Shown piece by piece: positions 12,501 to 25,559 of a DNA stretch of 64,000 nucleotides. The DNA is from Trichoplax adhaerens (Eukaryota; Animalia; Placozoa): assembly GCF_000150275.1 (NCBI RefSeq), contig NW_002060951.1, positions 2,910,580-2,974,579 of the forward strand, written 5' to 3'. Made by a program: the position numbers and the translations under genes. The notes below the pieces were generated by a model. The model was not told the DNA's origin. It worked only from the letters and a program-made list of their open reading frames with translations, and searched no databases. Positions within the stretch are counted from its first letter, which is position 1. Every line of letters starts with the position of its first letter.

Positions 12501-15500
12501 TAGTCAAAGTATATTTCAAACACTTATTTCAGGGTTTAAGAATAATGGTAAAAATAAACCTTTGCAATTTCTTCTCTTTCATTATCCAATAGTCGTAATT
12601 TAAAGCGATGGTTTCCGATTAATTGGTTAAGCTGTTTTACTTTGTCATGGATTAAAGAAACATTGTAACTTCGAGAAGAAAGTGATTCGCTACTTTCATG
12701 TGTAGCACTAAAGTTAACTTCTGCGGTAGTTTCGCCTTTTACATCGGATGACAGTTCCGGAAATATTAGCAGTGAATCCATATTGGATACATTCCTTGAT
12801 TTGTTAGTATTGGAATTCTTTGAATTTTTGATGGCTTTCGATTGAAATTGTAAAAAACTATTTTCAGTGTTATCAATTTTATCGTTCCAGCTGTTATCAT
12901 CGCCAAACTGTACGCTTGATTTTAAATCAACGAAAGTGTTAGCATTATTATCTTCCATTTCCTTATATTCATAGCTTTCATCAGTAGAAAACTTGCTACC
13001 TGTAGGTAAGAATGAATTATTTGACACCGTTTGTTATCTGAAATTTTAGTAGCTGTATGCTGTGTTTACTGTTTGAGGTAAATGTTTTATCTATAGGAAC
13101 TAACAATATTGACACCAGTACATTACCACATTCGTCGTTTCTTTCTTCTGTATCGTTATAATTATCCACGATATCGTCATCATTTGCTTTTCCAGATTTC
13201 AAATGTTGTAGGAGAGATCCTAGTGGCCCTTCCAACATTTGCATATTAGTACATTCCTTTTTCTCATCTGCTCCTTTACTTATCAATTTTTCATTCCGAA
13301 CTTGTTCTTTACAGTACATGATTTAATAATGGTGTTAGTAGCTGACGTAACACAAATGAGGGAATTTTCAAATCGAATATACTATGGTGGTTGTCTGAGA
13401 TTTTAAATAAATTTATATGATCTTATATTTATTTTATTTATAATCAAAAGTACCTGTTTTAGTTTTATTCTCTTCATGACTATTGCAATCAAAACCTTGT
13501 CTCAGAGCTTGAGAAATATTAGAGGAGACTGACATGGTTTCTATTGCTTCCTCTAAATTTACAAATTCTTCTAATTCTTGTTCTTCCATCTACAGAGAAG
13601 AAGTAACGAGTAAATTCGAGACTAGAAGAGACTTAATTTTAGCAAATTCTCTCGGCCACAAGGTGTAAAATTTATTACAGTAGGGTAATAATACCACACC
13701 GTTCTTTTCTCTTCCCACGCTTTTTCGAGCGTAAAGGACAAATGATTTAACATGCTTGAAGACAGACCAGCTTTGTCATAATTATCATCGGCACAGTCAA
13801 CGACATATTCATTAGTGATCGACTTTGCAATACTTTCTTGGGTTTGGAGTAAAATTTTTCTTTCTGTAGAATCTGAGATTTCAGAGTTCTTGGTGGGAGA
13901 CACTTGAATTGTACCATCTACTCTCTTGATATCTTTATTAGATTCAGTATTTGCAAGGTGATTGCTTTTGATTTTAAGGGGTCTTCTATATTTCTAAATT
14001 ATCGGTATCAATCTGTTTAGTACGTAAGTACATGAACTTCGTTATATGTACAGTAATGTGCTGTATCATTAGTATTACATTTACAGGTGTAGTATAGCTA
14101 GCACATCTACTTAAAAGTATGCGTATGTCTATCGTAAACAGGGCCAATAACTGGTATTGTACGCGTGAATTCGTAATATGCGCATAATAAAAGCTTGAGT
14201 CGTTACCTTGTTATAAAAGCGAGCAGATCCTTCGCCTTTCCTTAAGAAAGGTTTTTTGAGCGGAGAGTGTGTAATAGGGTCATCAGAGTACCCCTACAGA
14301 GACAATTAAACAGAAGGCCAAATGATTCCATAAGTATCAATACACTTGCATAACACCATGGCTATAGTTGAAATTTTAGTAAATACCGAAGATAACGAAA
14401 TATAGTACGATATTTATACAACTTATACCTGCTTTTGAAGCTCTGATGCTACAAGCTCTTCAAAAGATTTCACAGCTTGAATATTGCGTGATAACATAAG
14501 TATCATGTTCTTGTGCTCTTACACCGTACGTACGCGTATGTATTTAGGAATTTTGATTTAAGAATACAATTTACCTTTTTGTCCAATACCGGGCCTTATA
14601 GGGCGTTCGTCATCCATAAGCTAAGCAGAATTGGAATTATTAAACTTTTCGCTCGAATAATGTCCATCCATAACTGCAAACTGTAGTAGCCTCTATGCTA
14701 ATGTGACTACACTTGCAGGCCGATAAATTCTACAAGTTACACCAAATTATTGATTCTTCAAATATAGTACCTACGAGCTTTACTGTATAGTAGCGCTTAC
14801 AGTAGCTGTATTATTAATCTAACTAGCTCATTTCGCGCCACCTTGCTGGCGGTTGTACTGTTAACACGTTTACCATTTACGAATTATATGGACACAAGCA
14901 ACAATTTTGGACAGTATTTCCTTAGGATTAAAAGAACATATTAGGAATGTTATTGAGTTACTCAAGTTCGTACAGTACATACAGTAGTTGAACATACGCT
15001 GTACGCGTACTGTACAATATCAAATACGATTATACGTACGTACAAGCGTACATTGCGTTTGCCTCTAGCAAAAGTAAAACTAAAAGTATCAAATTAGTTA
15101 TTACGAATTATCCTTGGCCGAACCATGTATTGATATACGCGCAAATGTAGAAATAATTACTTTATAGATAGTGAGCATCTCACCTCTTATTACAGTATGA
15201 TTGTAGGGTTTATTTCGTACTGCCGAGATGTACAGTACAGTATGTACTGTACATATCGTTCACGAAATCCGAATGCAACAAGTTACATTCTCGTTACAGG
15301 AGGTTGTATAATTTGCATATTATAAATTTATAATTCTGCACATTTCGAAAATCTTAGTTGATTACAAATAGGATACAGTAGGTCGGGTTACATATAGTCC
15401 TAAGTTAGTTTAAGCTTGTGAAGGCCATACATCGTATTATATCACATACGTACATGAAGTATTTGATTCAACCGGTAATGGCTGGCCAGTTTCATACTAA

Positions 15501-15887
15501 TTTCTGTAAGTTTTCGTGATATATATACGCGTATTTGGATGGAAAATAAAGTCTGCAGTAAATGCTACCTGGAAATTTTGTTGCCGAGAGTAGAACATGT
15601 ATATTTGCCATGCAAGATGCATCATTACATTAGTTTTGTACGAATATATATGATTGTATTTGCAACATAAGCGTATTCTCAGATAATATGCGCTTGGTGT
15701 GCATTATTACAGACCCTGTATGGGTGAATGAATATACCGTACTGTACGACACTGCATTCATTCTTACATTGGTATCAATCTCGGTAGGATCTTTGGTTGA
15801 TTCATAGTTTTCTTGTTCTCCAGCGTGCTTCTTGCATGGAACTTCGAGCTGTTGCTGATTTAACAGCTCTTGTTGTGATTGCTGCAT
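9584..15887 (-). CDS. CENPJ: Centriole assembly protein CPAP/SAS-4; both ends uncertain
   Basis: PN2-3-like exons DERPIRPGIGQK / VKSFEELV / KPFLRKGEGSARF (about 14207-14620), ELEEFVNLEEA (about 13560-13590), coiled coil REKRWSASVARLRNRI, and TCP/G-box repeats (YSDGSSKEINADG, YYYAATKTHHTTFTDG, NQAEIHYPNG, FPDKSIKYISPDG). In-frame stop at 9584-9586. The 5'-most exon is not securely defined. Confidence 0.9.
11631..11776. repeat. Tandem duplication, 2 x 73 bp, in a CENPJ intron
   Basis: 11631-11703 and 11704-11776 differ at 3 positions. Confidence 0.95.
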
Positions 15888-16399
15888 TTTGATTAATTAA
15901 GAGTAAATGCGAAATTACAGTGAGCTAGTTGTTAGTCGTTAAACAGTTGAATCTTAAAAAACCCGGATAAGAGTGTAATCAGCTACTTTAAGTTCTGCTT
16001 TATTAACGTACAGTACAGTAAAATATTCAAGTGATCTGATAGCGAAATTTACTCTTTATCAATACTGTACGATGCAATCGTTATCGTTTATTGGTTATAT
16101 TAGTTATTATAATTAATTAATTATAATTACAGTATTATTATTAGTTATAATGCTCTGTACTGTATGTACTGTGATTCGATTCTGTCTGAGTTCTTAAAGA
16201 ATGCTTACAAACGAACTGACAGTTATACTGTATACAGCAAACACGGATTACTCAAAAATTGTATGAAAAATGGACTGCACATATGCGTAAATTAGCATTT
16301 GACAATACACTACACAGAACTCCAAGAAGCAGATATCAACTTGTGAAGGATTGAAAAAAAGTTATACCGCCTAAATTTAAGTGCAGCATAAAACAGTTG

Positions 16400-16555
16400 C
16401 ACAGTACAGTACAGTATACCGTACAGTGTACTGTACAGTACAATGTACAGTATCTCTACTGAACGCGCAAAGTACTGTACAGTACTGTACAGTAGTGATC
16501 GGTTGTTTGAGATGTCCTATACACTGTACAGTACAGCACAGTACAGTACTGTACC
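16400..16555. repeat. TACTG/CAGTA palindromic array between CENPJ and CDK2AP1
   Basis: Dense ACAGT/TACTG pentamers in both orientations joined at TGTACA and AGTACT centres. Confidence 0.9.
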
Positions 16556-16766
16556 AATCTTATTACAGAGGGTCAGAGGCATTTCCTCTGTTATTCGTAG
16601 TCATTGATAGCTAAAGAGGACTCCGGCTTTTCTTCTTTCGTCAAGTTTAAACGATTGTTTACTATCTTTCCATTATACGTATATTAAAAATCAAGTAAAG
16701 CACATTACTTCATTTCTCACCTTAAAAGCGGTAATGTACAGTACATTGAACGTGTAGTTGGACAGC

Positions 16767-17636
16767 ATGTCTGTTGACAAAAATTTAGTTGAATATTCTG
16801 CGGAAGCATGCATCAAACCTGTGACTGAAGACAAAATGGAGTTTATGGCACAGTATCATAAGCTGGTAGAGTTAATAAAAGACATCGAACGTGAAGTTAA
16901 GCCCATGTATGCCGGAAACAAGAACTCAGCTGAAACGGTGAAAAAGGGTAATACATCTTAAATTTAAAATTATTTTAGATTAGGAGTCGGATATTACCAT
17001 TGATCCGATTCGCTTAAAAATTTCTTTTATTACAATGCGCCTGATCCATTATAATAATAACTGTAGCTGTAACTCTTAAGTTAAGTCTGTATTAGCATAA
17101 TTATACATTATGTACTTACGCGCACATCTTTTAACTTCTTGGATAAGACCTGATGGTTGATTGACAGGTCCCTGTACTACTGTAGAGCACTAAAAGAATT
17201 CTTCATACAAATGCGTACTTTTATCATTTGTCTGGAGATCAGCATTATCTAAAACTAAATACTTAAAAACTTACAATGTGTCAATTTATGTATACGAATA
17301 TATATATATTATCAGCATACTGACAACGACTCAAGGTATTGATAACCTAGATTTCCAAATATTCATTAGCTCCTTACGATCATATAGACTTATTCATCAG
17401 GATTTTAATACTTGATTAATTAGTAGTGCAAAAAATTACCAATAAAGATCTATAAATGCAGTTCTAATGATTTCATAATAGCTAAAAACTATAAGATTTA
17501 GATTTGCACGGTTTGACATTATTTAATATTTATCTGTATAATTGCTTTACCATCCACAGGTTTGGGTTCTGCAAGAATGTTAGCCCGAGAGTGTTACCAA
17601 CTGAATTTAAACTTGTACAAGCAAAATCATTGCTGA
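16767..17636 (+). CDS. CDK2AP1: CDK2-associated protein 1/2 (DOC-1 family, NuRD subunit), 85 aa
   Basis: Two exons, 16767-16947 and 17560-17636, give QYHKLVELIKDIEREVKPMYAGNKNSAETVKKGLGSARMLAREC, matching the DOC-1 domain pattern (EIRPTYAGSK...RGIIHARGLVREC). Confidence 0.9.
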
Positions 17637-18956
17637 ATGAAAGTTCACAAGATTTATTATCGGAATACTGTAATAGAAACAGTAATATTTTACTTAAAAG
17701 TTCTCAACGGTTTAACATGTATCGGCCTAGTTAGGTTATGATGCTTGCTGTCCTGGGTTATATGATGCAGATGGATTACAGAGTTGTAATTGCACTGTAA
17801 ATAGTAGTGTGAAGCAGATCTTTTTGCTCGTAAATAGGATGATGAATTAGTGGTCTTTGAAAGCTGAGTGTACCTGCGTACGAGTAAAACCGTCTTTTGA
17901 AAATAATAAGTAGGGATAAGTTAAACGTAGGTGTCATTTTACTCTATTTCTACCATACAGCGCTTATTCAAAGATCTGCCGCATTAAACGCGGAATATGT
18001 CGAATTTTGATACAATGAACTGAAATGAACCTCATGCCTATCAACATCATGCGAACTCTTCATTTAGCGTATGCGTAGGTGCTTTATTGACCCGATTTAT
18101 TATACTCTTGTAAGCTGTTATGCTACCTTAAAACTCTTTAATAAACAGTACACAAGTTTTAATTGCAGACTTATTTGACATAATCATTCTAATACCAAAA
18201 GCTGATGATTCCTAAATTTAATTTTAAAGGATGATAAATTCAAGTATTAGGCAATATCTGAATGAATTTAAGAATCGATGGATATAATTAATAATTATAA
18301 TTCATACTTGAGTATAGGGCTTGAAACAGACTACGCGTAGACAGCACTGAGTTTCTGTATTCATCAGTACCGAATGTTATGTATGTAAGAATACAGTGAC
18401 TTGTTGTACTGCACCTAACGTGTTAGCATAAGATAAGGTAATGAATTACTAAGATAAGGGTATAATACGCCATTACAGCTATACTATTTAAATGCAGTAA
18501 ATCCTAAATAAAAGGACTTTTTCAGTAAGCTTACTAGTAGGAGTGTATCAAAGTTCCTCGTGTTAACGTTAACGACTAAGAGTGGAAACACAACGCCGAA
18601 TGCATAACCGTAGGGTTTAATGATAATGTTAGATAGCAAAATTTTACTTCTTTATTTACGGTACATACAGTAGTAGTACAAATAAAATATTAAACATTGC
18701 ATTATTAAACTATTTATATTGCATTAAGATCATTGAAAGTGGCATACTGCCCAAATTGTGGCATCAGCGAAAAGAGAAATTGTTATCTAGGACCGTGATA
18801 GTTTAACTCTGCGATTTTGTTTACGCGCATCATAGCAAACTTTTCCATATATAAGATTGGAGTTAGCATTTATGGTGTTTATATTACATTAGAATTACTG
18901 GAATACAGTCACATGCCATATTATTTAGTCATTCATTAAAAGGAATTATATTACTG

Positions 18957-20211
18957 TTAATCGATGGCTTTATTGTCTTTCAATATTTCTAATTTTCTTT
19001 TACTTCGTATTTTGGAGGTCATTTTCTTTCTTTTCTGCTTAAGAAATTTTTTTTCTTGTGAATTGTTTGAACAATTTTGCGAAGCTTCTATTTTGTCTTT
19101 CAGTAATTGACGAGCTATTATCCTGTTGTGATATTGGGATCTACTTTGATGGCACTACAGAGAGAAGGCGGAGATGATATAGAATGTTATGATGAAAGTT
19201 AGCAGGCGATTACAGCAATAATAATATTTAATTATACTGTACTCGTATAGTAACGCAGAGCAAGAGGAGGGTAGCATTAGGGACTAGTACTCTTTAATAG
19301 TCTCCTGCGGAGTTGCGGTATGTCGATGCAATTATAGTCTAGTAGTATTTTAGATACGATATAGCATAACATTTCACTTAGCTAATTGGTAATAAGATAA
19401 CATCTATAGTAAGTGCACAGTTGTCATAAAATGCAAGCTATTTCGAGCTACAATATTACTGTACAGTACAGTGTACAGTACAGTAGTGTAGGAATATTAC
19501 GGTATACAGTATTATAACCATAATAATAATTATAATGTATGCTGAATGCACAGTTATTGTACTGTACAGTAAAATGAGATTTAAATAGCTAACAGATAGA
19601 TAAAGGTAATAAAAAAACAGGCAGCATCTGGTTATCATAATTATCTAAGATTTCGGCTAACCTTAATCACAATGCCAGTCGGCTTATGTTTCAATATAAC
19701 ACAATTTGACGATTTATTTACTTTCTGTCCACCAGGCCCAGAGCCTTTCACAAAACTCTCTTCGATATCCTTTGTAGGAATTTGGCTTTGTGCGTAATAG
19801 TTTGTATACCAAGATCCACCATGAAGTAGATTACTGAACATAGTCGTAATGTGTATTATTTTTGAATTACCTTGTAAAATTTGTGATACTCTGTTGTATT
19901 GCTGACTAAGTATGAAACTTTGCATGTCGTTTCCTCTTAAATACTACAAGTCTGCCATAAATCTCGCGTTACCTCTACACTCTCAGTATGTTACTCCGAA
20001 CATGATGGGCATTTACCGTATGGTACTGTACAGTACAGTATGGTACAGTACTGTACAGTACTAGTGTCTGTACTGTACTGTACAGTATACTGTACTGTAC
20101 TTTATACTGTTCTGTACAGACGCAGTACCGTACACTACGGTACGCGAGTCGGACGGACCGACTCACCTGTTGGCTTAGCTGTATCAGCCTGTATGATATT
20201 ACTGGCAGCAT
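18957..20211 (-). CDS. MTRFR: Mitochondrial ribosome rescue factor (GGQ release-factor family)
   Basis: DIEESFVKGSGPGGQKVNKSSNCVILKHKPTGIVIK | CHQSRSQYHNRIIARQLL plus a Lys-rich tail. Exons 19662-(19925 or 19943) and 18957-19154. A probable first exon 20211-20167 (MLPVISYRLIQLSQQ, CAG|GTGAGT donor) splices in frame to 19943. Confidence 0.93.
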
Positions 20212-20232
20212 TGTAGTACTGTACTGTACTGT
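20020..20232. repeat. TACTG/CAGTA arrays at the MTRFR/FN3K 5' ends
   Basis: Repeats at 20020-20140 and 20216-20232. Confidence 0.9.
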
Positions 20233-20375
20233 GGTGCGAAAAAATTCAGTGTGACTCCGGTTAGAGGTGTATTAGGTTATCACGACAAAGATGTCATAGT
20301 TTATACTATAAACTTTAAACTTTATTGTCTGATATAAATTTGTTAAAGAGATCTCCGCCTCTCACAGTCGGAAAT

Positions 20376-23300
20376 ATGGAGGATAAACTTAAAAAGGAAC
20401 TGCAGACGAATACTTTAGAAGTCGTAGACGATATTAGTGGCGGCTGTATAAGTAGTAGCAAAAGTTACCTAACTGACTCTGGAAGAGTCTTTATCAAATT
20501 CAACAAGAAAGAACATGTACGTTCATTTATTTCATTCTCTTATTACATTACTTGATATTTTATCTGGATTAAGTGAACAGGATCAATTCTGGCGAATGAA
20601 TTCTGATCCAAATTTGAAAGTGACTTACGGATATATTCGCAAAATACGTTCTTATTTGAAGGCTGCCAGAATGTTCAACGGCGAAATGGAAGGTTTATTG
20701 GCGATCGTAAACACTCAAACTATTAGAGTGCCTAAGCCGATCAAGGTGACAATGAATGAAATGGTATACAATTACTGGGCCTTACTGTAATACAGAAATT
20801 ACTAAATGTACTGTACAGTAGTTCAACGGACACTTTTACTCTATTTTTGAAGTATTTTGGTATGAATGTGGTTACATGAAGTACATCACTAGTTATATTA
20901 TGTATTATTATAATCGAGGATGGAAACCTGCACTGTGAACAGCTATAGTAAGTCGTAAACAGAGACTACTCAAGAAAATCTTGTCTTTCAAAAAGTCCCT
21001 ATTTCTTTCTTGTTGGGTTGGGAGAAGGCAACTTTTCTTGTGATTACTTAATACTTATGGTATTATACCTATGATTTTTTACAGCAATCAAAAATACTGT
21101 ACGTAGAAGATGATGTTGATTCAAAGAGGGGAATAAGTATGAGTGATTTAAGATATTAGCCAATACTTTACTTTACGTACAGTAAGATAGTAATTAATTA
21201 ATTAAATTAGTGTTACAGTATACCCGTATATACAGTACTGTACATAAATAATTATAATTATAAATAAAATTGCTTTATTTGGTTGGCGTGGTCCAAAGTG
21301 AAATCAACTTTTATTCATAACTGATTCATTATAACTCAATCTTTAGCTTCCCTGCATTGAGAAATCCTTCGTAACTTACAGCATAATGACAACAATTCAT
21401 GTATATATATATATATTTGTATACAAGTAGTAAGGCGTATCATAATTTTGTTACTTACACTACCCAATGTGATCCCAACTGCAGTGTAAAAAGTAAAAAG
21501 TATTACAGTTATAATGTTATGAATTACTAATTTATGAATGAATAAGTAATTAATTATATTATGGATGCTGATGTATGCATTTATAATTTACTGCTAACGA
21601 GTAATTTTGAGTTGTATTGATAGTTGGATAACTAGTTTTAGCTGCTACTCAGTAGTGACCAATTCTGTGACTAACTAATCAAAGGTAGTGATTGATCTGA
21701 CAAAGTAGCATGTGTGAGTAATCATTGTGCAGCATACAGTTTACCAAGTGTACATACTGTATCTGTCAGCTAGTGATTTAGCAATCCAAACGAACTATTT
21801 ATTATTAGATACACTGAATGTACATTAGCACATATTTGCATAATTATCATTTTATTGTTAGGTTATACAATTTGAAAATGTAAATGCTTTGGTAATGGAG
21901 TATTTAGAGATTGTCAACTTAAGTAGGTATCAAGCTTCACTAGGCGAGCAGCTGGCAAGGTTAGTGAAATTAATAGTACCCAATGATACTGATTTGCATT
22001 CTATGAGTACATACTTGCAAATTGTTGTGAGATATCATAGATTCTGACGAGCTACAGTACGTAGATCGGAATTTATAGTACAGTACTTACTAATAAAATA
22101 ATCAGGACATCAGATTTATTCGAACTGTAAGGTTTCTGGTAGGAAGTGTTCTAGGATTTTGAAAATATCTACGGGATGGCTTTAGCATAAGTAGCTTGCA
22201 TTTACCAGACTTAAAAGTTACTTTTGGGTTTTAGTGAAAATACTGTTAGAGATGTATGCTGAGGTACGCGTATATAGTGTGAATACGTGTATATACGTAT
22301 ATAGGAACTTATTTGGAAACATACAGCTAGTATTGCGTAAATACAAGATACAGACGCATAACTTTAGTTCCAACTACGTTTTCATGATGAAAAATTTCTA
22401 TAGTCTATTGGGAACATCAGAAGGGAGTGCCTGTTGTAACTAGCTGCGCCGATATTTCTACTAATTCCTTCGTACAGTACAGTATTTAGTGTTAGGTGAT
22501 GAATCATCAGTTTGTATCGATCATACTACAGTACATGTAAGGGTAGTACCTTACGGCTAATCTTATATTATGTAAAATGTTGATGTATCGTATGTATATG
22601 TACACTGTAAAAGAAACTTACGTTGTACGGTACAGATCTTTCGAATTTCAGTATTGCAGGCCTTACTCTATCTAACATGCATTTTTAAAAGGATGCACTT
22701 ACGAAATTTACAAATGATTGAAAATGAAGACCGGTTAGGCACCCCTATAGATCAAGAGAAGGCTATACGAAAATTTGGATTTCATACCACAACTTGCTGT
22801 GGTTATATCCCTCTTGATAATACATGGTGCAATAGCTGGATAGTAAGAAATAACTAAGAATCAATATTGCATGTTTATATACTGTAATATCTTAAACCAA
22901 ATACGTACAATATAATGTGTAGATTGTTATTATTGTGGGCTACAATAGCCGATTGAGTAATGTACTTGTATAATGAACGCACTTATCACTAGGTATAGGT
23001 TCTAGAAATGGTGATTTCTTTATGGTAGTAGTGTATGTACTGTATAGAGCGTATAGATTAGTTTATGTGAGAAATACTCGTATTTCTCGTATTTGCGTAT
23101 ATAAATTTAATTCAACTTAGTCACCTTATTGTAACGTACATTGCTGTGAATATCTACGATATCAACTCATCTTAAGGTATTAATATTTGCCTGTCACGAT
23201 GTGCAACTGTGCATGGTATTGGACATAGTAGAATAAGAATAAATATACTACTAGTAGTTTATATACGTATTTTTAAGTATTTGTCGTTACCAATCTAATT

Positions 23301-24922
23301 ATAACTAAATTTATTGTCCATACCTATACCATATCATTAAAAGTTTAAAAAATTTTATGTTATAAATACGGTAATAAGTACGGTATATTAAAATATTATA
23401 GATTAGCTATTATGCTTATATTGAGGGATATACATACTGTACAGTATAGATACCGGTACATTACACTGTACAGGCTACTTAATTAAGCTTGCCATAATGT
23501 ACTGTGCAACGAGCCTTAAACCACGAACAAGATCCGTGGGCCTACACTCGTTGCTTTTCATTTAATTAAAAGTAAACTTGATTAATTTTCAAAACCTGAT
23601 GTAGCATAGTATTTCCTGGAATGTTATTGTTAGTATTAATTTTGGTATTTACTCCTTGTGCATTTGTATGTTTTTCCTTAGGAATTTTTTACGCAACGAA
23701 GACTAAAATATCAAGTTAATTTAATAGATCGAACGGTAAGCTCATTATAGCAATTTTTTATTAGTATTAGTTACTTACACTAAAGACTGGTTATTATATT
23801 GCTGTATTCATTCTTAAGAGATTATGTACGTTAGTTATTCCCATTCAGGCATTAATCTTGCTTACCTATACATTATACTCGTATATCAAAGAAAATTAAG
23901 CCTACAAAATAACACTATGAGTATCTTAGACAAAACTGAACCTAAAATTTATTAGAGAATCAGCCAATTTATAATAAATCCATGTAAGTATTAATTTATC
24001 AGTACTTAGATAATATCGTAGAAATATGCGATTATCTATTAAAGACATGTAAAACTTCATAGCCAAATCCATATTTCTTACAAAACTATGTTGCAGCGAC
24101 TATGCTAAAGCTACTCCGTAACATCATCGTTTGTGTTCATGCTTTATCTTAATTTACTATTAGTATCAAGATCCGGAGCTTCGACATTTATGGCCGTGTC
24201 TTGAAAATAAGATTAACCAATTTTTTAAAGAGATTGAGATTAAACCATCCCTGCTTCATGGGGATTTATGGAATGGGAATGTGGCCGAAACTCCAGATAT
24301 GCCAGGTATATACACGTATATAGCACTGCGTATATACAATATATAGTGGATTAGTCAAATATTCTATTTTCTTTAAGAATCATAATAACTACGAATTAAT
24401 CATAGATATCTACGAGTGTACCATACGCAATGTCAATTTTAAAGCTATTACATATCTTGAGGCAATTTTAGAATCTAAATTCTTGCATAACTTAATAGTA
24501 TAATCTTGAACGATAGAACTGCATTAAAAGGCAAACTTATTATTTCAGTTATATTAGATCCAGCATGCTTTTATGGTCATTCCGAATTTGATTTATCTAT
24601 TGCCAAATTATTTGGGGGATTCAAAAGTGCGTTTTACACATCCTATCATAAACTAATTCCTAAGAAACCTGGATTTGATAAACGTCAGGAGCTTTATGCC
24701 TTGTTTCACTATCTAAATCACTGGTAAGTACAATTCCTTGGTACATTTTAAATCACTGTAAGATCTCTTTGACCTTATGTTTGACTCTTACAATCTTAAA
24801 TATCACCCATTTTTCTATGGCAATCACAGTTTTTTTGCAATAATTTTAGGAATCATTTTGGAAGCAGTTACCGGTCGTCTTCTATTGAAACGATAAAAAA
24901 ATTACTTCGATGGATGAAATGA
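20376..24922 (+). CDS. FN3KRP: Fructosamine/ketosamine-3-kinase
   Basis: Exons give GGCISSS...[17 protein letters not shown]...[66 protein letters not shown]|NHFGSSY. Stop at 24920-24922. FN3K versus FN3KRP cannot be resolved; probably a single pro-ortholog. Confidence 0.93.
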
Positions 24923-25559
24923 ATACTTCTCTAGTTGTAATATTTATTTATTAAGTGAAACTACGTTCCTCAGAAAGTAAAGTTTAGATTTACGCCGCGG
25001 CGACTACGTTCGTAACAGGGACTGGTTTGTAATCGACATAGCATAGCACAGTAATCGGCCATTTTCTACATAGATCATACAGTATAATAGGCACGACGCT
25101 CAGATTCAGTTGAATTGATATTACGGTCTACTGTACGATCTTAAACTTACATACGTACTAGAAAGTAGTTGTAGCACCTTACGTCTACGTCTACGTTACG
25201 TCGGGTATATTTTAAACTCTCTAGTAGCATTACGCGTAAGATGAAACAATACTGGGTAGTATTATTTCAGATATTACGATATCGTAATTAAGATCTTTCT
25301 ATTGTGTATGCAGTAAGGTATTGCGTATACTGTATATTTCAATAACCGTTTCTGCGGTCTTGGACGAAGCTAAAGATTTGCAATGTCAACAGAATTATAA
25401 AAGTTTAAAATTATGTTTCGGGCTTGCCGTCAAAGTACATTGTATCGTTGACATTCATAAACATTTTGGCAAGGACTGATCATTTTATACACATTCCGTA
25501 AATATAAGAACCGGCTTTACTTCCTATAACGGAAATATCTTGACTAATTATCAAGAGTC

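Noticed and set aside
18335-18373. Hammerhead-like string on the minus strand (CTGATGA-ataca-GAAAC...GTC)
   Set aside because: No stem II closing pair and only 3 bp of stem I; consistent with chance.
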